In this document: piece after piece, positions 12,493-25,662 of the stretch
Layout of the letters: every line of letters begins with the position of its first letter
How positions within the stretch are numbered: the first letter of the stretch is position 1
Assembly (NCBI GenBank): GCA_044892505.1
Contig: CM097882.1
Coordinates: 417,818,001-417,882,000 of the forward strand
DNA: 64,000 nucleotides
Origin: Schmidtea nova
Taxonomy: Eukaryota
Reading direction: 5' to 3'
Program-made: the position numbers and the translations under genes
The notes under the pieces: generated by a model
What the model was told of the DNA's origin: nothing
What the model saw: the letters and a program-made list of their open reading frames with translations, nothing else
The model's database searches: none

Positions 12493-12694
12493 TTTATTTA
12501 TTTCATTATTATTATTACAATCAACACCATCATTCATTCCCATAACAACATCACCTGTTTCAATCAAAGGAGCACTGTCAGGGGTATTAAATCCGTTTAT
12601 TACCCCTGATAGTGCTCCTTTGATTGAAACAGGTGATGTTGTTATGGGAATGAATGATGGTGTTGATTGTAATAATAATAATGAAATAAATAAA
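12493..12694. repeat. 202-bp near-perfect palindrome at the 5' end of the Penelope-like fragment
   Basis: Arms 12493-12591 and 12596-12694, 4-nt loop TCCG, one mismatch and one G:T pair. Confidence 0.95.
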
Positions 12695-13132
12695 AGTAAC
12701 TTGAATGACTGCATTGGTTCTGTTATAGTTTTACCGTTTTCTGAGGGATTAGTATATTTTAAAAAATCTATTATAAAATATATTGGAAATACTAATGTTA
12801 AAATAATTTCTAAGTCTTGCAAAGTTCGGGACATGTTCAATAATAAATCTGTGACGACATTTGGTCTGTGTTCTGATCTCGTATATCGTTTTACTTGTAA
12901 TAGGTGTAATGCCACATACATTGGAGAGACTGCTCGTCATCTCTGTACACGAGTTCAAAAACATGCCAGAAAGAGCGGAAAGAGTAACATTATTGAACAT
13001 AATAAGACTTGCAAGAAGAGCATTGATATTTCTAATTTCAAAATACTTTCTAAGGGTTTTAAAAATTATTATGAACGTGTGAATTGTGAGGCTTTGATGA
13101 TAAAATCATTTAATCCAAAAATAAACATATAA
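12620..13132 (+). pseudogene. Penelope-type GIY-YIG endonuclease C-terminal fragment
   Basis: LVYRFTCNRCNATYIGETARHLCTRVQKH...IIEH...NFKIL...ERVNCEALMIKSFNPKIN: GIY-YIG with CxxC, as in PLE endonucleases. Open frame but 5'-truncated. Confidence 0.85.
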
Positions 13133-13276
13133 AATGCAATATCTACATACATTGTGAGAGTGTTTAATTAATTTTTACTAGGGTAAATAAACGTTTTATT
13201 GGATTATGCACGAGTAATTATGTAATCACTATTAAGCGTATAAATAAGATCAATTTTTATTTTATTGAGATTGTGG

Positions 13277-13319
13277 AAAGCCTGATGATGACAGCTAAGC
13301 TGTTGAAATATATTGCATT
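13277..13319 (+). ncRNA. Minimal hammerhead ribozyme motif in the PLE 3' region
   Basis: AAAGC CTGATGA T GACAGC TAA GCTGTT GAAA TATA TT GCATT: core, stem II, palindromic ATATAT stem III, imperfect stem I. Confidence 0.65.
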
Positions 13320-15555
13320 AATATATTTTAAAAAATGGTGTTCTCTTATTTATTATTATTATTACTATTATTATTATTATTAATGTGAGGATTTAAATAT
13401 TGAAAAATTACAAAAATTAGTATTTTAAAATTAAAATAATTCAAAGTATAAAAAATTCAAAAAATTAATCAATTATTAAAAATGTATTCTTAAATTTCAA
13501 CAGGACAATTTTTATAAGATGTTTATTTTAAAATTAGTTTGCGGAAATTTTGTATGCATGGATTTGAATTACAGCTTTTTGAAAATATTGAAATTTGACT
13601 CTCAAAAAAATTGTTCTAACGCGGCAATTTAATGAAGATATAAATTTGCTTTATGGGAATAAATATTATTTGGAAATTCAATAGTGAGTTTAGTATTGTC
13701 TGATTTCAATGTTATTGAAACTGAAAATATTGCTGTTGTTATTATTATTATTTTTATTGTTGCTATTATTCTCATTATAAGTGTTGAAAAATATTGGAAA
13801 AAGGTGAAAATCCAAAGTATCATTTAATTAATTGATTTCTCAAATAAAATTGAGAAATCTTTTCAAGTGTAAATAAATTTAATGAAAAGAGACAGTAATT
13901 GGCAAGTTTTTCTAATATATTTCCATGATATCAAATAGGCCTTCCATGGTTAGTTTATGTTCATCCAAAAACCGATACTTATGGTGATAATTTATTAGGG
14001 TTAAAGTGGTCAAATCTTTAATAATTTATTGAACATTTGGTTTTGCCATTATTAGCTGTATTTTAATCAGGTTAAATATTTTGTATTTATTTTTTGTTCA
14101 ATATCAATAAATAAATGGTTTTAAATAATAACATTATTGTAAGGTTTTATTTATTAAAATAATATTAATTAATCATTTGGACTTTGAACATAATACTGCC
14201 ATTTGTATTTTTAATTCAACCTATTCAGTTCAACTGGGCAAAAATTTACAAATTCTAAATAAACTGAAACTAAATGACGGTGTAATATTTATGTTAAAAA
14301 TTAATCTTTGTGTTTTTTGTATCCCGTTTCCTCTTTTATTACTTTTTCATAATAATGGTGAGGGCGATAACGCATTTAATAATATGTTGATAATAATGGC
14401 ATATTATAATATATTAAAATTAAAATAAAACCCTATAGTAAGTATTATATTTTAAATTTACTCTAGGGATGTTGCTAAAAAAACAAACACAAATTAATTT
14501 AAGAAAAATGAAATAAGAGACGAGTTGGTATTTAAAATTTCGTTATCTGCGAATTATATTAAAAAGTTGTTTTTGTCGTTTGTTTTTCTTTTAATAAAAT
14601 TTGTTACAAATAACGTTTTATTATTTCTACATTATTTGTAACACACTAATAAATACTTATGCGCACATCATGCGCAAATCACACACAATCACTCTGGCTG
14701 TTTAAAGGCAGATTTAAGAGGAGACTCTGCTGGGTTAAACAGTTTATTCGTATACTTCTCTTGGTAAATACAATTACAACATTACAATATACCTAAACGT
14801 CTTTTAAACTAACAATAAAATAAATAGAATTCACATATTGTAAAATAGAGTTTCGTTAACTTGGCAAACTTGTCGAAATATTAATAAAACCGTTTTAATG
14901 TGTACTGCTTCCAGTATGGGACTAGCATTAGTTGATTTATGTTACTTTAACAGTTTTACATTCTGACTTCAAATTTTTAAGAGTAACCTCAATAACGACG
15001 ACTTATTATTATTAAAATGCATTTAAAAAAAGTTAAAACACTACATTTCTATTAGTGAAATTCTTAATCATCTGAGTCCTAAGAGGCGCGGTCAACTCAT
15101 TCACAAATCATATCAAAAAGGCTGATTATATTTTATCGCTGTGAATAATCACAATATGTATTTAAATTTTCCCGAACTGATCACGCTCAACTTTTATGAT
15201 GTATTTCTACTTTTTTTATATTAAGCATTTTCTTTTTAATTGACTTTTTAATTTATTTTTGGTTATTGTAGTGATACAAAGGACAAGCGTCGATGCGCAG
15301 CTTTGTTGTTTTTAACAATATTTTCTCCATGACCCATGTGATTCAAATGTTTAATATTGCAGTCATTAAGATGTTGAAATAATTTGTAATGGAATTGAAA
15401 GAGACAAATGGTATTACAATCTGACAAATTGACTTGGGATGAATTCTATATGAAGGAATAACGTAATAAATCTGATTTGCAAAAATATGCATGACTTAGT
15501 TTAAAAACTTTAAATGTGCAAAACTGAAACGTGTTAATAAATAATTATGGCTAGT

Positions 15556-15840
15556 ATTTAATTGAGCATTAATAATATATTGAATGAGCATTATTAATAT
15601 ATTGAATGAACATTAATAATATATTGAATGAGCATTAATAATATATTGAATAAGCATTAATAATATAGTGAATGAGCATTAATAATATATTGAATGAGCA
15701 TTAACATAACATGGTCAATTAAATTTTTCTGATATATATATATGTGTGTGTGTGTGTCTATTAATAATAATAATAATTTCTATAATGCTATTAATTTAAT
15801 ACTAAAGCTTTATTATGTTAATGCTCATTCAATATATTAA
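15556..15840. mobile_element. Internally deleted relative of the MULE-SWIM element with an expanded 22-bp subterminal repeat
   Basis: TGAGCATTAATAATATATTGAA repeats at 15563, 15585, 15607, 15629, 15651, 15673 and 15695 (partial). Inverted partner at 15770-15840 matches 5003-5075. Confidence 0.6.
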
Positions 15841-16213
15841 TTTACTTAAACCGCAAAAAATGAGGCAAACACACGCACTCAAAACTCTCACACTCACATA
15901 CACACAAACATTGATATGACTGAAAACAACGCTATTAGAGCATTTTCAATTGAGGATTATGGATTTTGTTTTCAATCAGTCTGTTGTTTATAAATATGAA
16001 AATATTTATAATATATTCTTAAAAAAATATTTTTTGTAAAAAAAGTATTATATTTTTAAGATTAATTTATTTAAATTAAAAAAAATTTTAATCGTTTTAA
16101 ATTTTTTGACTATTATATAGAATTTATAATATATATTTTATTTTAAAAATTAATGTTAATTCGTTTGATAAAGTCGATTTATTTGATTTATATATTAAAT
16201 GGAAGATTGAGTA

Positions 16214-16254
16214 GCACCTGATGAAGAGAATTAAGTTCTCGAAATATATTGTGC
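16214..16254 (+). ncRNA. Minimal hammerhead ribozyme motif (solo PLE pLTR remnant)
   Basis: GCAC CTGATGA A GAGAA TTAAG TTCTC GAAA TATA TT GTGC: stem I GCAC/GTGC, stem II GAGAA/TTCTC, palindromic stem III. Confidence 0.75.
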
Positions 16255-19200
16255 AGAATATATATTTGGATTGGCATTTGTTTTTAATTATTTTAGTGCC
16301 ATGTTTGTTGTATTATGTAATTGATGAAATATATTTCATTTTTGTAAAAATGGTGTTTAAAATATTTTAAAGTTAAATAAATTAACAAATAAGTAACAAA
16401 ATAAGTAACAAAAAATCGAAAATTTTCTCACTTTATAAAATTATTTTTGCAGCAAAGGCTTATTTTGTTACTTATTTATTAATTAATTTAATACTTAATG
16501 CTGCTACCAAGGAATCACCATTTTATACTATTTTAAAGTTATTTGATTTTAAATAATTATGTATAATAATATATTACTTTTAATGCGAAAAATATATTTC
16601 CTCAGTAAGTTTAATTTTATGCAACACACTATTTGAAACAGTTAAAAATGTAAACAATTTTATTTAGTTTGCATATTTATTAATATATTTTAAGAACTGT
16701 ATAATCATCATGATCGAATTACACGGCATTTCATTTCATTATATTATTTTCTATAATGGCATACATGATACCCATACTTTATATAATGTAATTAATTTTA
16801 AGTGAATCTGGTTTTCATTAGTAGAGAGCTTTTCATATTTATCAAGGGTAATTATGAAATGCTATTAAATATTTTAGGAACTTTTGATAAATTTCTACAA
16901 TTACTTCTATTATTCAGCGGGTGAACAACAAATAAGCAATGAATAAATGGAAATCTGTGCAAATTGCTTTAATGTACTGTTGGACTATTAAGACCTCCTC
17001 AAGGATGGTATACTGTAGTTAGCGAAAAATATGCTTCAGACAATACAAAAATACGAGCTTTGAATGGTGAACAGTAATTCTCTGAATTTGTAGATTTTTC
17101 ATTTTAAATAAATTTTGTGACTAATTTAAAAAAAACCTTAATTACAGATTCTATTAACACTCATTAAATTTATAAAAATTTTATAATTAAATATTTTTGA
17201 TTGATTCTATGTTGGTCATTTAAAAACAATTACCATAATTGACATCAATTTAACTAGAATCGCTCCTTGTCAAGAATTTTAAACTTCAAACCCTCTCACA
17301 TTTTTATTGACAATAATGGACACCTCCTTATTTTATAGTTAATATTTACATTTCTGCTACAACACAATGAATAAAACTGTCTTTTAAAATAAATTATCAC
17401 GTACATCACTCTGGATAAAACAACAAGGACAGGAAAAAATACAACAATGCCGAGGAATTTCCAATTTCCAGCAGCAGCAAATGAAACCATGGTTAAGGAT
17501 GATTTCAATAACTGAAAACTTCTTTACAGTAGATATGGATCTTATAAAAGAAAAATAAAGGGGTAATTAGATCGTTTAAGGTTCAAAAGAAGTAAGGTTT
17601 CAAAGAAGTAGATAACTCCCACCACACTTGTCTTGTCAAAGTAATATTGCTCCAGAATTCACAAATAAGTACTTCAATATCATATGTGAAAAGGTGTTCT
17701 TTTTCGATAAAAACCTGCTTGATGAAGGTGATATCACTAAATATAAAATGATACGTGTTAATCTAACAACTAGTGCATTAACACTAGAACTACCAAAGCT
17801 GATTGTATAACAAGTTTTATCATATCAGTATCCAATTGAAAATAAAAATAGATATTTAATAACTTTATTGCCATATTAAAAGTTACTATATAACATTATA
17901 ACAGTATATATAAGATGTTAATAAATATAAATTAAAAAATGTAAAATCAGTCATTTCCATATGTTGGTACTTTTAGAGTAAATTGAAAAATATGTGCATA
18001 TGTAATACCATGTGATTGTAGAACATTCATATAGAACAAATTACGACCTGTAGTCAACAAAATTCTTCTCAATAAATGAATTTTGGAAAAAAAAAGTTAC
18101 AGACTTTTACTGAAATTTACTTTATTAGATGCTAACTTTCTTGTCATTGTGCAGCACTTAAAATGGTTTAATGGAATTTTATTAGTTAAACTAATGTGAA
18201 AAACAATAAAACCTCAATCTAAATCTGTAAAATGACACTTTAAAATAGTAATAGTAAAGATAATCGTATGAGGACGTTTTTTGAGCTGGTGAAAAACTAA
18301 AAATGTACCTCATTCAAAAAGGATTTGGCCAAAAAACAGTCTCTAAAATACACAACAGCAATGTTTCTTACTATTACCCTTCTTTTGCACTCTAAATTTC
18401 TGATTTACCGATATTAGCCCCCTTTCTNNNNNNNNNNNNNNNNNNNNNNNNNNNNNNNNNNNNNNNNNNNNNNNNNNNNNNNNNNNNNNNNNNNNNNNNN
18501 NNNNNNNNNNNNNNNNNNNNNNNNNNNNNNNNNNNNNNNNNNNNNNNNNNNNNNNNNNNNNNNNNNNNNNNNNNNNNNNNNNNNNNNNNNNNNNNNNNNN
18601 NNNNNNNNNNNNNNNNNNNNNNNNNNNNNNNNNNNNNNNNNNNNNNNNNNNNNNNNNNNNNNNNNNNNNNNNNNNNNNNNNNNNNNNNNNNNNNNNNNNN
18701 NNNNNNNNNNNNNNNNNNNNNNNNNNNNNNNNNNNNNNNNNNNNNNNNNNNNNNNNNNNNNNNNNNNNNNNNNNNNNNNNNNNNNNNNNNNNNNNNNNNN
18801 NNNNNNNNNNNNNNNNNNNNNNNNNNNNNNNNNNNNNNNNNNNNNNNNNNNNNNNNNNNNNNNNNNNNNNNNNNTATGCATGAATGTAATAATACTGATA
18901 ATTTGGATGATGTAGTGAATAGTAGTATATTATCTGTCAAACAAGAAAGTTTTGGGTTAAAATTTAATAAATAAAATTTTTTTTTTTAAAAATATATATT
19001 TTCTTTAAATATTTAAGAAATTTTAAATAATAATTCATTTTTAAAAATTATTTTGTGGTTTGTTTCTTGATAAATTAAAATGTATATTTTAAAATAAATG
19101 TTTGGGAATAAAATTTAAAATAAAATTTAAAAAGTTAATATCTTTATTTAATTATATTTTATAATTTGTTAGTTTAGCCTGAATTTAGCATAGTTTTATG

Positions 19201-19242
19201 GATACCTGATGATGGCAGGGAGTCTGTGGAAATATATTGTTC
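19201..19242 (+). ncRNA. Degenerate hammerhead motif (solo PLE pLTR remnant)
   Basis: GATAC CTGATGA T GGCAG GGAGT CTGTG GAAA TATA TT GTTC. Stems damaged; the downstream GCCATGTTTGT is shared with the 16214 copy. Confidence 0.45.
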
Positions 19243-20136
19243 GTTTGTTGTATAAATGGCGTTTACTTTAATTAAATCATTGCCATGTTTGTTTATGTTA
19301 TTTATTTGTTATTGATATTATTATTTTATTTATTAATATGTGTGTGTGTGTGTGTGGAACAAAAGCAACTCTTAGGTGTCTAAGAAAATATATATTAAGT
19401 AATAGTTAATGACTGCTGGCATGTAAGAAGGTAATGTATCAATGGTTGTATTATAATTATTTTAATAAAGGATTTTTTTAATTTGAAAGGGGAGCACTAA
19501 ATATCCAGAGTATTTCCTAGGTAATACTGAAGAGTCTCAGAAAGTGTAACTGCGGCCTGGAAATAATATACGCCTCAATTGAAAGAAAATAGATTTTCCA
19601 TCTTTCAATTATTTTAATAATAATGTCAATGAAAGTACATTTAAACAAAGTCTATGAAATGATGAATAATCAAGATGAGATTTTATTTAGTCTTGCATGA
19701 ACGAAAGCATATTAGAATTCTTGTGAATAAATTACTTTCTAATTTCAAAATAATTAAATTTTAATAATCGAATTACCATTGAATATAATGAGTCTCGCTT
19801 ACTTTGCACCAACGTGAACGTTTTCTTCGTTCATCCCAATTACTGTCAACAATCCACCAGCATATTCAAGAGAATTTGAGTTTACTTAAAAATTATTCAA
19901 AATATCAATATTTTTTCATGATAAAATTATATTTTTTTATAAAATAAAATTTCAAAAATCATTTTTGTAAAAAGAACACCTTTTAAACACCATTTAACGA
20001 TACATTTTAATAGGTTAATTTTCACATTTCTGAAATGAAAAATCTATTTATACAATAAACAAAGACTAGGTAATCGGTTGTGCAATGGAAATGAGGCAAT
20101 AAATATAAAATCAATTTAGTTGTCGATTCCATAGAC

Positions 20137-20764
20137 CAGAGGTCTCGAAACTTTTATTTCTTCGCACTCAAATTTATGATCATGTATTTAACGCACACTC
20201 TCCAAAATATTTTAAATAAATACATTAGCATGTATTTTTAGTTTTTTATATTTATAAAAAATATAGATGAAAAATAATTAGAAAATGTTATAAAATATTT
20301 CAAATACTACTTTAAAATCTGATCGATCTTTTATAGTAGTATAAATTATTGGTAAAAATAAATTATTATAACAAATTATTGGGGGCCGCTCCCAATTTTT
20401 TTACACCTTTGCCCTATATGATACTATGGAGACTGGGTCTAAAATAGAGCTAGAAATGGATCATAGTCTGAGTTGTAACATCAATACCATATAGCCAACA
20501 GCCATTTCCAGAAAATTAATGATACTGACCAATAACGATTTCAATTCGACAGATTTTTCAAAAACTTTCAATTTTCAGTTCTTTTAACAGGCTTTATAAT
20601 AATCAATAACAATTGCAAGATCACTATAAAATAATGGCCATTTATAATTGTATAATAGGTATGTATGCGGAACTGATATGACTGAATATTAAACAATGTA
20701 TATCTGAATGTCAAAGATATAATAATAATATATTTAATATAATAATAATAATATAATAATAATA

Positions 20765-20818
<54 letters not shown>

Positions 20819-21165
20819 ACATTGCTTAAGGTATGCACTTTATAGGGCAGGGCTAGAAATCTTTTTTACTAGAAGAGCATATTTCGAAAATACGGGAGTT
20901 TAGAAGGCACTGGAAATGAAAAGGATGGAAGGGTAATATAAAACAAAATAAAAGATCAATAATTATATTATTACATAAATTATGAACCATAAATTCAAAT
21001 TTTAATATAGTATATTAGATATAAAGTTTTTATTACTAAAATATCATACTTAATTTCATTAGTGTTTTTTAAATAAATTCATTGAAATTCTTAAAATTAA
21101 AAACTTTTGTTCTTGACGGCAGGCACTTTAAAAATGTTTCTCGGGCACCACGTTGCCGACGCCTG
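20137..21165. mobile_element. Possible hAT-type non-autonomous element ends
   Basis: Left CAGAGGTCTCGAAAC and right GTTGCCGACGCCTG resemble CAGGGGTCGGCAAC-type hAT TIRs. No matching 8-bp TSD, so the two ends may belong to different copies. Confidence 0.35.
20771..20815. repeat. (TA)n microsatellite
   Basis: About 22 perfect TA units. Confidence 0.95.
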
Positions 21166-21384
21166 ATATATGATTTTTAAAAAAAGGGGTATCAAATTTT
21201 AGGTATATGTAGTATTCATCAAAACAAGCATAAACTTTCAAAGAACATTTCAAAACATTCCACAAAGTTTGATTGATAGAAATAAAATTATAAAAATAAT
21301 GAAAATAATTTTTTAGAATCTTCGTAAAATAATTTATTATTATTTAAAATATTATACTTTTTAGAATTATAATTATCTTTTGGT

Positions 21385-21615
21385 TTCACCTTTGATCTCT
21401 TTTTTTTAATTCAACAATTTTCGTATTATTAATATTATAAAACTATTGATTAATTTTTTTTGGTTATTAGGTGCACGATATTTCGGCACAGCCATTATCA
21501 AGTGATAAAGGCTGTGTCAAAATATCGTGAACCTAACAACCAAAACATTTTGATCTACAATTTTACAAATATTAATAATATGAAAATTATTGAAATTTGA
21601 AAAATATTAAAATTA
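21385..21615. repeat. Diverged foldback family copy nested in the mariner-like element
   Basis: Centre TTATCA-AG-TGATAA at 21495-21508, arms GATATTTCGGCACAGCC / GGCTGTGTCAAAATATC, and TTCACCTTTGATC terminus as in the other copies. Boundaries approximate. Confidence 0.7.
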
Positions 21616-21643
21616 AATGTTAAACTATTTTCCATATTTTAAA

Positions 21644-22660
21644 ATGACATACATTCATTTCATATACGGCAAAGCAAATGGTAATGCCACTGAAACAAGA
21701 CGATTATATGAAAAAACTTTTCAAATTACAGATGTACAAGCAGGCGAATGTTAATCAAAGTTCATCAACGTTTTACCTGATACTGGAAATTTTGAGCCCA
21801 ATTTAATTGACTATGGTAAACCATAATGCGTTAAAACACATGAATTCAAGGAAACCATTTAACAAATGTTTGAAGAAAACCCTGAAACATCATATTGAAG
21901 GATTGCTGTGAAAGAATATATATCAAGTCATTAAACAGTTTGGAACATTTTGCATCAAGACGGTTGCCATCCATGTCATATTAAGCGTCTTCAATCAATT
22001 AAGCCCTTGATTATAAAACAATGGTTACCTTTTTTCAATGGCTCATTAACTCTTTCATTCCTAATCCACTGATTTTATCAAACATTTTACTTACTGATAA
22101 AGAATCTTTCACTATGTGCGGTATCAATAATTTTCACAACATTCATGTTTGGTCAGATGAGAATCTTCACGCGGTTTTAGCATCTATGCACAGTATCGCT
22201 TTTCTATTCATGTTTCCCTGGAATCTTTTCAGATCATCTTATTGGACCTTAGATTGTACTTAATAGACTGACAGGAGTAATTTATCCTAATTTTCATATT
22301 CATTTCTTCATCATAAATGACTTGTCTGAACTTATGGAAAATATGCCACTAATCCATTTACAATATATGTCGTTCACGCATGATGGTACCCCTGTCAATT
22401 TTCTTAAGAATATCTAAACAAACGATTTTAAAGAAAATTGACAGGGGGTGGCAGGCATGTTGCATGGCCAACTCACTCACCAGATTTCAATTCGTTAGAG
22501 TTTTCTTAGTGGGCACATTTGAAGAGTACGTCACATCAATGAATTGAAAGATATTGTCAGGAAATACGAAAAAAATCGGGAATCTTTGAACGTGTTCGAT
22601 CTTCAATGATGAAGAGTGCTACATTGTGTATTGAAATAAACGAGGGAAACTTTCAGTTGA
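21644..22660 (+). pseudogene. Tc1/mariner-superfamily transposase pseudogene
   Basis: HFIYGKANGNATETRRLYEKTF (N-terminal HTH), LLTDKESFT, HDGTP and WPTHSPDFNSLEF motifs, with many stops and frameshifts. Confidence 0.8.
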
Positions 22661-23640
22661 TAAAATTAATGTTAATATATTTTATAATAGTATTTGTATT
22701 AATGAAAATTTGTGGGATAAAACTATTAAAGAAAACATTGGCTCACTCATGTTCTGTTGAATTTTATGCTTAATTTGATGAATACTACACACACATAAAG
22801 TTCGGTAACACTTTTTTCAACACCCTGTATATTTATAGTCCACCTTAGATAGAGATTTTCATAATTTTGATAGAATAAATTGTATGTCTCCAGAGTCTCC
22901 AAACAAAAATCGAGCAGTAAATTCGTAACTTCAAAGTTTTCTCCTAATAATACTGTTATAAGAGTTATTATGTCGTATTTAAATTATTAGTAAATCATTG
23001 TTTGTAACGACTTTATTTTCCATGTTTAAACTTTGTAGACAATATATTTTCACGATAAATTAAAGGCACAATTCCATTTAATTCTTTAATTCCCTAGATT
23101 AAATAACTACGCAAAAGGCAAGATTCATCCTATTTATATTAAAATCTTAAAAAATCTTTAAACTTTATTTTTTTAAAAACAAATCTTTAAACTGATTCAA
23201 TTTTTACCCGAAAATAATTTATTATAAAATGTTTACATAAACTATGTAAATATTTATTTACATTTATTATTAACGGCCAGGACACGATCGATTAATGACA
23301 ATTTTTCAAATATAGCCGGGTGGTTAATCTTTTGCTGTTTATGTAATTTTATGATTGTTTTACCGACAATTTTGAAAGTATTCATAAAGTAGAAATAGTA
23401 TTTTCTAAATATTTTATCTTCTTCACATTTATTTTTTATTTGCGATTTCCTGTATTTTCATTTCATAAATATGATAATTGAAAAAGGCAGTTTGAAAAAT
23501 TTGTATTATATTGAGAAAAAATTGATTTATTATCTGAAAAAACGAAAATAAACGAAATTGTATTTGCAACTACGAAGTAACGATTGGTCTACTCGGTGAT
23601 GGGCATCTGCTGCCGGATAATCATTAACATCTTTAATTTT

Positions 23641-23749
23641 GGTCACCTTTGATGTTTTTTTTCAATTTCAGATATTTTTGCTTTTTATTGACAATAGATT
23701 AAAATATTTGAAATTGTAGAAATTGTAGAAAATAACATCAAGGGTTACC
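23641..23749. repeat. Short inverted-repeat derivative of the foldback family
   Basis: GGTCACCTTTGATGTT (23641-23656) versus AACATCAAGGGTTACC (23734-23749), 14/16 complementary; shares the CACCTTTGAT terminus motif. Confidence 0.4.
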
Positions 23750-24581
23750 ACATTTGAAATTGTATTTGAATTATTTTTTATTTTCAAATGTATGATATGA
23801 CTAATAAAGACAGCTATAAAACTTAGAAAAGAAGGTAAAACTAATCGGCAAATCGGAACAATATTAAATCCGAACGATATGACAGTGATAAATTTATACT
23901 CTCATGGTGCAAAAACTAGGACAGGAGTTAAAAATTGAAAGAAAGAACTGCCTAAGTACGTGTATGGCAAATAATTGTGGTAAGAGCATTTTTATCATTT
24001 ACAGTTAAAATATCAAATGATCTCATGACTAATGCTTAACAAATGACTCTTACCTAAAGGTTTCTGGTATAATTTTAAAACCATCATACCAATTTTTATT
24101 TTACGAACTTCATTAAACTTACAAAATATTGTTCAATATACTCGTTCAACAATGTTCTCGAACCCAAGTTCAAATTGATAGTACAATTCTTATAACCGTC
24201 ATAATAAGGCAATACATAGACTTATTTAGATTCAACAAAATTCCGAAATTCTTTATATTCAGAATCAGGTATGTCAGTAATTTTAGACAAAGTAGACTAA
24301 GTATTTCATGTCATTCTGTTATCAGGATGTACTTATTAACTGTTGACATTATCATCCTCCCAAAACGTTATTTAAAATGTCTATTATTTTGTAATTTTAT
24401 TAGCATGTCGAGCGTTTTAGATTTCTTAAATAAGTTCCTGAAGTAAGATTTTGCAAGGAATTTTTAAATTCGTATTGTAAAAGTGGAGAGGATGAAAATC
24501 GAGCGAAATCGAACCAATTAATTTATATTATGGTGGAAGAAACTGATTTTATGAGATGTTATATTAAGGGAAAAAGAAAGC

Positions 24582-24582
<1 letters not shown>

Positions 24583-24614
<32 letters not shown>
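24583..24614. repeat. (TA)n microsatellite
   Basis: 16 TA units. Confidence 0.95.
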
Positions 24615-24617
<3 letters not shown>

Positions 24618-25662
24618 GTCCAAATTTTGTATTATTATTATTAAATTTTATTAGATCTTTTAATTATTTGGATATTATTATATTTATGTAATATAAGTAA
24701 AGAAGTATTTAATTGTATTACATATAATATTTAATATAATACCTTTCTAAAGTAAAAATTCACGAAAACGCAATATTTTTAATCAGTATTATTTAACCGA
24801 ATTTATCATCAGTTATATACAAAGCAACAATTAAAATTATAATAAATTAATGATATATAAATGAAAATTATATGAAAATTTCAAAAATCATTTGTAGGTA
24901 GGAAACCCTATCGGAAAACTTATATTCTCAATGAATTGATGCTTATAAGCTACTTTTTTAGATTTATATTTGAAATTAAAAAAATAATCTATTCTCTTTT
25001 AATTTGAATTTTATTTTTACCCAGATGTTTAGTAAAAACACAAAAATACTTATTATAATTCTGACGGCCTATTAAAAAAAGCTTAGAAAAGTAGAACTGT
25101 AAAATAACAAGGTGTACAGTAAAAAAACTATAAAAATTACCCGACAAACAATTTATAAATTAAATTTATAGTGATATGAAATTATTCATATTGAATTGAT
25201 ATTTAAAAAAATATTCATATTGCACTAACTGTCAGAATTTAATTGAAAGCAAAACTAACAATTAATACTCACTTTTGTAGGGTATTTCCATTTTTCGAAT
25301 GAGATTATTATCACATGAATTTAATAGCATATAAACTATCAGAATGATTTCTGTGTATTTAAAAATTTGATTGTTCATTGAGTGAGTAATTAAATTTTAA
25401 TTATTAGTTCATCCAACATCTTTATTCCATTTACCTATTTTTTAGTTGAATTAAACTAATAATTTCTCGTTCAAATTGCCTTATTTATATTTGATTTTGA
25501 AATTGATAATTTTAAACAATAATCAAATAGTTCGTATTTTTCATAATGTATTAATTGAAAAAAAAATTGTAATATCTAATAAATATCAAACAAGATATTA
25601 TTTTAAAATTTCTTTTAATTAAATAATTTGTTAGATTAAATAGATAATTGTATACATTAAAT

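Larger units (their letters stand above)
12596..13345 (+). mobile_element. 5'-truncated Penelope-like retroelement (linker, GIY-YIG endonuclease, 3' pLTR with hammerhead)
   Basis: GIY-YIG ORF followed by an AT-rich tail with a hammerhead core at 13282 and (ATT)n. No RT present. Confidence 0.8.
21171..22827 (+). mobile_element. Decayed Tc1/mariner-superfamily DNA transposon, interrupted by a foldback element
   Basis: Right end CACCCTG|TA at 22821-22829. TGTAGTATTCATCAAA at 21208 is inverted at 22774-22789, giving ~70-bp TIRs (left one degraded). Contains a transposase pseudogene. Confidence 0.75.

Noticed and set aside
12484-13000. Minus-strand ORFs of 145 aa and 83 aa
   Set aside because: Antisense shadows of the PLE ORF, extended by the palindrome.
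15563-15710. 22-bp direct repeats as a CRISPR array
   Set aside because: Repeats are contiguous with no spacers, the context is eukaryotic, and there are no cas genes.
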